From positions 27,396 to 91,395 of the IMG/VR virus record IMGVR_UViG_3300020180_000014: DNA of 64,000 nucleotides. One strand, written 5' to 3'. Positions 58,188 to 64,000 of the stretch are shown one piece after another; the first letter of the stretch is position 1; the number at the start of each line of letters is the position of its first letter. The notes beneath the pieces are model-generated. The model was not told the DNA's origin and did no database searches. It worked only from the letters and a program-made list of their open reading frames with translations. The translations under genes and the position numbers were made by a program. This DNA comes from a virus.

Positions 58188-58891
58188 CGACGGCGATCCT
58201 GGCGCAGCCACCAGAAGCTAGTGACGCTGTCGAGCGACGCCGGATTGAACTGTCCGCGCGACGCCGCTTGGCGCGTCCCGTCCTCAGACAGGTTGAACAG
58301 GTCAGCCAGTTCGCGGTAGCCGTACGACCAACGGCTGCGACGAGCGCTGCGCACGTGAACGTCTGCAGGCACCGCGAGATTGTCGGGATGATTGTTCCAC
58401 GGGTTCTGATCGATGTGCTCGACCGCACCACCGCCAATCACACCGAAGATGACGCGACAGATCGGTGTGTACTCGCGGCCTGTCCAGAACATGAAGTGGT
58501 CATCAACGATCTTCGCGAACGGCTGCAGTGGTCCACCGTGCTGATCACACAGCCCCGGCTGCAGCATCGTTGCTGCGCAGCTCGGGAACCCGCACCGATA
58601 GAGATCGAAACGCGGCCATCGGGCCCGCCATTGCGCGGGCGTCACATGCGGCAACAGCTGTGCGGCTTGCACGTCCGAGAGCCGGACCGAGCGCCCCGCC
58701 AGCGCATCTATAATGTAGCGCGCAGCTGCACGGGCATCCGTGGTCGTCCGCAGCTTCGAGCGCGTCGTGGCCGGTGCTTCGTCGGCCGCTGCAGCGAGAT
58801 CATCGAACGTGAACAACCGGCTCGGACCCCGCTCGCGGTGCTTTTGCCGGAACACCTTCCGTGGATTCTCGCCCTGTTTGAGGATAGGCAT
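58181..58891 (-). CDS. HNH-like domain protein
   Basis: CGFPSC...GLCDQH and EHIDQNPWNNHPDNL. Confidence 0.6.
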   Translation of the reverse strand: MPILKQGENPRKVFRQKHRERGPSRLFTFDDLAAAADEAPATTRSKLRTTTDARAAARYIIDALAGRSVRLSDVQAAQLLPHVTPAQWRARWPRFDLYRCGFPSCAATMLQPGLCDQHGGPLQPFAKIVDDHFMFWTGREYTPICRVIFGVIGGGAVEHIDQNPWNNHPDNLAVPADVHVRSARRSRWSYGYRELADLFNLSEDGTRQAASRGQFNPASLDSVTSFWWLRQDRRRQ

Positions 58892-59060
58892 CGCGCGTTG
58901 ACCGCGAGTGTACTTCAAACATGGTCGAAACGCGTCTACGGTCATGACGACGATCGCGGACGCGATCGTCTTGACGTTCGGGATCGCTCATGGGATCGTC
59001 TTGCTCACAACCCCGAGAGAAGGCATGCCGCCAACTTCAGGGTCAACTTCCACGAAGGAC

Positions 59061-59258
59061 ATGAAGATGAGCAACGAGAACCTCTCGGGTGACGGTCTCG
59101 GCAAGCGCCGCCGCCGCAAGCGTCGGCTCGGTTCGAGCGGCGTGACCCTGGTCGGTCGCAAGCGTCGGGGCAAGCGGAAGGGTCGCAAGATCTGCATCCG
59201 CACCGCTGCGGGCAACAAGGCCTGTGGCGTGCGCTGGCGCCGCCGCAAGCGCAAGTAG
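59061..59258 (+). CDS. protamine-like Arg/Lys-rich small protein
   Basis: GLGKRRRRKRRLG...RKRRGKRKGRK...RWRRRKRK. Confidence 0.65.
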   Translation: MKMSNENLSGDGLGKRRRRKRRLGSSGVTLVGRKRRGKRKGRKICIRTAAGNKACGVRWRRRKRK

Positions 59259-59300
59259 GCCCGCGCTCCGGCGCTAGCCTGAGAGAGGGCCGCGTGCGAT

Positions 59301-59639
59301 ATGTCGTACGCGGCCCTTTTCGTCGACACCTCCTACTTCGAGGCCCCGATGCCAGCCCAAAAAGTCTCTTCAGCCGATCGCCGCCACGCGGACTTCATGA
59401 TCAAGACGCTCGCGCCGGATCTGCGCGCGTCGGGTCGGAAGTACACCGCCAAGGATGTCGCGCGCTGCGGGCGCTTGATGAAGACGGGTGGACGTGACCG
59501 TGGGTACGCGAACTGGCTCAAGAGCACGTTGATCCCGGATCTGCGCGCGTCGGGTCAGAAGTACACAGCCAACGACCTCGCGCGGTGTGCACGCACGATC
59601 GCACCGCAGCGCAAGCGACGAAAGCGGAGGGCGCGCTGA
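59301..59639 (+). CDS. basic protein with internal duplication
   Basis: TLAPDLRASGRKYTAKDVARC / TLIPDLRASGQKYTANDLARC. Confidence 0.7.
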   Translation: MSYAALFVDTSYFEAPMPAQKVSSADRRHADFMIKTLAPDLRASGRKYTAKDVARCGRLMKTGGRDRGYANWLKSTLIPDLRASGQKYTANDLARCARTIAPQRKRRKRRAR

Positions 59640-59824
59640 TGGCGAAGCAGCGCTGCCAGGACATGCTCGAAGATCTGCTCTACGAAGCCGTGGATGCTGG
59701 TGCTGCCAACCGCAACGTCAGTCCACGGAAGATCGGGCATTTCATCGACGTCTGCGTTCGGTCGAACGCAGCCGGACTCGGTCGCCGTAAGCGTCCCAAC
59801 GCGCGGCGCAGGAGTCGTCGGTGA
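59639..59824 (+). CDS. small basic protein
   Basis: ends GLGRRKRPNARRRSRR. Confidence 0.6.
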   Translation: MAKQRCQDMLEDLLYEAVDAGAANRNVSPRKIGHFIDVCVRSNAAGLGRRKRPNARRRSRR

Positions 59825-60051
59825 GCAAAAAGATCGAGTTTGCTGACCTGCCCATCGGTGCGTGCTTCGCGTACGACGCGAACAGCTCCAAGGCCACGCG
59901 TCGCAAGGTCGACACACGGCACACCGTCGTCATCCCTGGTAGCAAGAAGCCGTTTCGCGTCGACGACGTCGAGACGCGCGTGTTCACGAAGGCTTGCCCT
60001 GTCAACTTCGGTCGTCGTCGCAAGCGGCGGCGCACCAAGAGGAGCCGCTAA
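59821..60051 (+). CDS. small basic protein
   Basis: ends NFGRRRKRRRTKRSR. Confidence 0.6.
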   Translation: MSKKIEFADLPIGACFAYDANSSKATRRKVDTRHTVVIPGSKKPFRVDDVETRVFTKACPVNFGRRRKRRRTKRSR

Positions 60052-60734
60052 TGGCGAAAAGCAAGAAAAGGCGCAGGTCTCTGCGCGGCAGCGCTGATCG
60101 ATACGTCGTCACCGGGCCCGCCACGTGGCGGCGCAGCCTCCACACGACGAAGAACGCTGCCGTCGATCGTGCGAAGGAGTGCTCGAAGAAGCATCCCAAC
60201 GCGATCTGCAAGGTCACGTATGGGCTACCCGGCTTGCAGACCACCGTCGCCGAATGCAACCGCAGCGAGTGCTACGGAGGTAGATCATGGCGAAGCTCAA
60301 AGGTCGTGCGCCTTCCGACGGCGACGCTTGCCGACGCCGCCACCGACCGTAAGACGTGTTCGACGATGGCTAACGATGTTCATCGTCTTGCCAGTTCAGC
60401 GGCTGAATTAGCTGACGGCGCACGCATCAGCGGTTCTGTGTTCGGTCAAGGATCGTCCCAGATCTTCTACAACTACCGTTGTGCGCAGAAGGGCAAGTTC
60501 GGTCCCGGTCTGTGCTCGGTGTGGGAAATCGAACGCAGCGGCCCAGGCGTCGCGAAATTCGGGCTCAGGTCGAAAGACACTGTCGGCAATCTGCATGGAC
60601 TCACGCGGCAGATTTCGCGCGATCTCGCGCGTATGTGGTGTGGTGCACCGGAACCCACCCCCGGCTTTGAGGGTGGTCGCCGCAAGAAGCGAAAGAAGAA
60701 TGTCGCAGGCCGTCGGCGGAAGGCGCGGAGGTAA
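60051..60734 (+). CDS. basic Cys-containing protein
   Basis: basic N- and C-termini, FEGGRRKKRKK. Confidence 0.6.
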   Translation: MAKSKKRRRSLRGSADRYVVTGPATWRRSLHTTKNAAVDRAKECSKKHPNAICKVTYGLPGLQTTVAECNRSECYGGRSWRSSKVVRLPTATLADAATDRKTCSTMANDVHRLASSAAELADGARISGSVFGQGSSQIFYNYRCAQKGKFGPGLCSVWEIERSGPGVAKFGLRSKDTVGNLHGLTRQISRDLARMWCGAPEPTPGFEGGRRKKRKKNVAGRRRKARR

Positions 60735-60736
60735 TT

Positions 60737-61000
60737 ATGAGTCAACTACCTGGATCACCTCTCTACCGCCTACGTATTCACACCGGTCCGGTGCAAGACG
60801 CACGGCGTGGATTCGCGCGTGCGCTCAAGCGCGCCAAGCTGAAGGTCATCGACACGGGCACCGAGCACGTGACCGTCGACATCAAGGCCAACAGCTGCGA
60901 GGACGCCCAGATGCGTATCGCGAAGGCGCTACAGAAGAAAGGCCTTCGCCGCATGTCAACGATGGTATGGGGCGCCAGCTGTCAACGTAGGAAGCGGTAA
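60737..61000 (+). CDS. small basic protein
   Basis: GGAGG RBS, ends CQRRKR. Confidence 0.6.
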   Translation: MSQLPGSPLYRLRIHTGPVQDARRGFARALKRAKLKVIDTGTEHVTVDIKANSCEDAQMRIAKALQKKGLRRMSTMVWGASCQRRKR

Positions 61001-61010
61001 GGTCCCGACC

Positions 61011-62315
61011 ATGGCCGCGATCATTCCACATCTCGAAGTTCCATCCGACGTGACACCTATCGAGCGCGCCTACGACATGTGCGTCGGTTCGCTCGCGGGC
61101 GACAGCCTCGGCGAAGATCACCCTGCGTGCCCTGCACCGCAGAGCGTCCTCGCGGACGCGCACGCTGGCCTACTCGGTATGGTGTTCGTGCGCGACGCTG
61201 TATTCGACAGCCTGCAAGGTCTGCAGTTCACCGTGCAGCCCGGCAATGCACAGAGCCTGGACGCCAAGAAAGTCTACCTCGTGCTCGATCGGCCGATCGG
61301 TGCGGGTCCTGCGTGGAACCCGGCGACGAATCCCGGCGTGCGTCAGTACAAGGCGCTGTCGTGGACATCGAAGATGAATGCACCGAGCTGGAGCATTCCG
61401 GCCGGTGCACCGCAGATCGGCGGCGCGTGTCCCGGTGCGACGGCGGGTCAGAGCATCGTCCCCGAGGGTGCACTTCGTGCGGGTGCGCGTCTCGTCAACA
61501 TCGGCCTCGGTCGCCCGTCCGATGCGCCCGTCAACCTCGCGCAGTCGATTTGCGAGCACTGCTACGCGACCGGCGGGCAGTACTCGACGGGTCAGGTGCA
61601 GTTCGCACAGATTCTCCGTTTTCTGTGGGCGCGTCAGGCAATCAACTTTCGCGTGAACACGCCGCATGGAATGTCCACTGCGTTCATCGAAGCGATGGTC
61701 TACGCGATCGACAACGCCGACTACAAGCTCGACGGCGGAACGATCAAGGCCGATCCGGAAACGGGTGAAGCTGCACAGGCGTTGCCGCCCGAGCCCACCG
61801 GTCGTCGGTTCTTTCGCATCCACGACAGTGGTGACTTCTTCGAAGAGGAGTACCTCGCGCAGTGGAAGGCAATCGCGGATCGCCTGCCCGACATCACGTT
61901 CTGGGCGCCGTCGCGGATCTGGGCGACGAGTTGGGGCATTGCTGCGGTCAATCGCATCAACCACGACCCGCGCAATTTCATCATCCGACCGAGCGCGTAC
62001 GAAGTGAACGAGGCAGGTCCACCGGATCTCGGCCCAGGTTGGGGCGGTGCAACGACGGTTCTGTCGGTGCAGCAGAACCTCGGCATGACACCCGAGCGCG
62101 AGCAATACGTCTACGATCGCGCGAAGCGGTTCCCGCCGAAGATGACCGGGCCCGATCCGCGCTACACCTGGAACTGCCAAGCGTACGCCACCGACGATCA
62201 AGGTCACACGTGCCGCAAGGCGGTCGCGCCGCCAGGCTACGGTGGTCCCGACGGCAAGGGTTGCCGTGCGTGCTGGATCGCTCCAGACGAGATCGTCAAC
62301 TACTCGTTGCACTGA
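61011..62315 (+). CDS. Gp88-like (radical-SAM-related Fe-S) protein
   Basis: SKM...WSIPAG...CPGA...ICEHCYA..G.Y...FFRIHDSGDFF...IRPSA...CRACW. Confidence 0.7.
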   Translation: MAAIIPHLEVPSDVTPIERAYDMCVGSLAGDSLGEDHPACPAPQSVLADAHAGLLGMVFVRDAVFDSLQGLQFTVQPGNAQSLDAKKVYLVLDRPIGAGPAWNPATNPGVRQYKALSWTSKMNAPSWSIPAGAPQIGGACPGATAGQSIVPEGALRAGARLVNIGLGRPSDAPVNLAQSICEHCYATGGQYSTGQVQFAQILRFLWARQAINFRVNTPHGMSTAFIEAMVYAIDNADYKLDGGTIKADPETGEAAQALPPEPTGRRFFRIHDSGDFFEEEYLAQWKAIADRLPDITFWAPSRIWATSWGIAAVNRINHDPRNFIIRPSAYEVNEAGPPDLGPGWGGATTVLSVQQNLGMTPEREQYVYDRAKRFPPKMTGPDPRYTWNCQAYATDDQGHTCRKAVAPPGYGGPDGKGCRACWIAPDEIVNYSLH

Positions 62316-62326
62316 AGGAGCCTGCT

Positions 62327-62527
62327 GTGCCGAAAAAGAAAAAGTCCTCTACCTGCACTGTCGACTTCACGACGTCGGCACACGGCCCGTCCGCAGTGCT
62401 CTACGACAAGCGCGGGCGGTCTATCAATGTGATGAACTTCCCGAAGGGTCATCGGCTTACCGCGAAAGATCGAACGCGCGCTCGCAAACGTCTCCTCGCC
62501 GGTTGCGCTGAACTTTCTCGTCGCTAA
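62327..62527 (+). CDS. small basic protein
   Basis: AAGGAG RBS, MPKKKKSS... Confidence 0.6.
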   Translation: MPKKKKSSTCTVDFTTSAHGPSAVLYDKRGRSINVMNFPKGHRLTAKDRTRARKRLLAGCAELSRR

Positions 62528-62537
62528 GGAGCCTGCC

Positions 62538-62996
62538 GTGCCGAAGAAGAAAGCATCGACCGCGAAGAACGTCGTCAAGCAAGCCGACGTTCCATGCTTG
62601 CGTGTCGTCGTCGGCGCCAAGCCCGGCAAGACGGGGCAGAGCGATGCGAAGTCGTGTGCGATCGTCGGCGAGAGCCGTGGCGCAGCGACGAAGTTCGATC
62701 TTGGCCGCAAGTACAAGTCGACCAGCAGGACTGTCGCGACGCCCGGCAAGAACAAGCCGTGCCTCAGCGCGCTCAAGCGTTCTGGGTGTCCCGTGCAACT
62801 CGCGTTCGACGAGGGTCAACCGTTCCTACGGTTCTGTACGGCCAACAAACAGCCCGGCTACCGCGTCGACGTGAACAATCCCGCCGAAGCCGTCAAGCAG
62901 GCCGACGCTGCATGTGCGACGTGGAAAGCGACCGGCAAGTTCGAGTTCCCGCCCGGTACGCCACTGCGCGGTACCGGCAAGCGCAAGCGCAAGTAA
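62538..62996 (+). CDS. basic Cys-containing protein
   Basis: AAGGAG RBS, ends LRGTGKRKRK. Confidence 0.65.
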   Translation: MPKKKASTAKNVVKQADVPCLRVVVGAKPGKTGQSDAKSCAIVGESRGAATKFDLGRKYKSTSRTVATPGKNKPCLSALKRSGCPVQLAFDEGQPFLRFCTANKQPGYRVDVNNPAEAVKQADAACATWKATGKFEFPPGTPLRGTGKRKRK

Positions 62997-62999
62997 CCC

Positions 63000-63025
63000 G
63001 ATCGCGCACGCGATCATGGTAGGCT
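63000..63025 (+). promoter_or_regulatory. GATCGC-N4-GCGATC palindrome plus TAGGCT
   Basis: recurrent motif. Confidence 0.65.
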
Positions 63026-63047
63026 GATTGCACCAAGGAGCTGCCCT

Positions 63048-63491
63048 GTGCCACATGTATTCACGCTTGAAGGCAACACCCCCGCGCAGCTCGCAGGCCT
63101 GAGCGCGAACGTCGTGAACTACCCGCCAGGTGGCTCCGCGATCTCGCCGAGCACCGTCGTCATCGGTCCCACGCGTGTTGCGACACAGGTGTTCGGACCG
63201 GGTGGCACGCCTGTCCAGTTCCGCCGTCGCTACCCCGCACGTGGCCCGGTCTGCGACTACTGCGACCCGAACTACTTCACCGTGATGGGTGGTGGTCTGC
63301 AAGTCATCCCGCCCCAGCAGCAGCAGCTCGGCGACGTCGTCGACTTCCTCCGCGAGCGCAATCCAGTCGTTGCCGGTCTCATGGTGCTCGGTGGCTCACT
63401 CGCGACGGGTGCAATCCTCGGCGGGCTCGCGATTTTCCTGATACGCAAAGCCGGTTACAGGACGCCGCACGCCTACGACCGCGACTGGTAG
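63048..63491 (+). CDS. membrane-anchored protein
   Basis: C-terminal hydrophobic VVAGLMVLGGSLATGAILGGLAIFLI-RK. Confidence 0.65.
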   Translation: MPHVFTLEGNTPAQLAGLSANVVNYPPGGSAISPSTVVIGPTRVATQVFGPGGTPVQFRRRYPARGPVCDYCDPNYFTVMGGGLQVIPPQQQQLGDVVDFLRERNPVVAGLMVLGGSLATGAILGGLAIFLIRKAGYRTPHAYDRDW

Positions 63492-63499
63492 CCAGCGTT

Positions 63500-63526
63500 G
63501 ATCGCGCGAGCGATCGATAGTAGCTT
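63500..63526 (+). promoter_or_regulatory. GATCGC-N4-GCGATC palindrome plus TAGCTT
   Basis: recurrent motif. Confidence 0.65.
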
Positions 63527-63575
63527 TGGGGGACCTCGTCGCGTCACGCGGCCCGGTCACGGCTAGGAGGCCATC

Positions 63576-63965
63576 ATGGGTACGAAGGCAGGAGCACTTC
63601 TCTGGAATCGGCAACACCTCACGCTGCCCCCCGGTTTGACACCAGTCGACACTGGCCTCGCGCAGGTCGACAAGGCGTTCGGCAACATGTCGCTGAACGA
63701 GCCGCCACTGGGCGTCACCATCGCGCCTCCTGGCCCGCCTGATGGGACACTGCCCGCGTCCCGCATCATGGTGATCCCGCAAGCACCGACAGCGGCATGG
63801 ACCAACATCACGCACGGCGAGCCGTACCTGAATCCCGCGACCGGTACGATCTTCGTGACGTTCAGCAACAGCGACAAGACGCCAGCCACCGTCAACGTAC
63901 TGTTCTGGAATCCGCACTCGTTGGTGGGTCCCGGTGACGCTGATACGTACACGGAAGAGGACTGA
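63576..63965 (+). CDS. hypothetical beta-rich protein (putative structural)
   Basis: AGGAGG RBS, 129 aa. Confidence 0.7.
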   Translation: MGTKAGALLWNRQHLTLPPGLTPVDTGLAQVDKAFGNMSLNEPPLGVTIAPPGPPDGTLPASRIMVIPQAPTAAWTNITHGEPYLNPATGTIFVTFSNSDKTPATVNVLFWNPHSLVGPGDADTYTEED

Positions 63966-63967
63966 TC

Positions 63968-64000
63968 ATGGGACTCAAGGCAGGCGCACTACTCTGGAAC
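63968..64000 (+). CDS. partial paralog of 63576..63965
   Basis: MGLKAGALLWN vs MGTKAGALLWN. Confidence 0.65.
   Translation, partial: MGLKAGALLWN

Overview
A GC-rich, gene-dense segment of a large dsDNA bacterial virus. No terminase, portal, major capsid, tail, integrase, rRNA or CRISPR array is recognisable in this window. Layout: (1) 1-6135, membrane and regulatory genes plus a holin-endolysin cassette. (2) 6191-17571, an early or accessory block on the + strand. It holds a dispersed ubiquitin-like conjugation set: a vWA/TROVE-like protein, an E2-like protein, a JAB/MPN+ peptidase, a Ubl-like protein ending RPKTAFG followed by an acidic pro-tail, and a ThiF/E1. It also holds a promoter-driven cluster of four structured RNAs, three of them tRNA-like, all sharing an ACUC/ACCN internal loop. 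(3) An AT-rich hairpin region near 18.8-19.1 kb. (4) Putative late genes at 19.9-26.6 kb and 59-64 kb: membrane-anchored proteins, many small Arg/Lys/Cys-rich proteins, a papain-like protease and a Gp88-like Fe-S protein, many preceded by the palindrome GATCGC-N4-GCGATC. (5) A minus-strand block of small accessory genes with Prim-Pol, ThyX and a P-loop helicase. (6) A plus-strand replication block: SNF2 helicase, PD-(D/E)xK nuclease, AAA_24 ATPase, SSB, class II RNR, HerA-like ATPase, UDG-PolA fusion, DinG, Tmk and a Dam-like methylase. The best candidate for an undescribed system is the co-promoted Ubl/E1/E2/JAB + Ro-like vWA + tRNA/Y-like RNA module. All calls come from motif recognition by eye; no searches were run.
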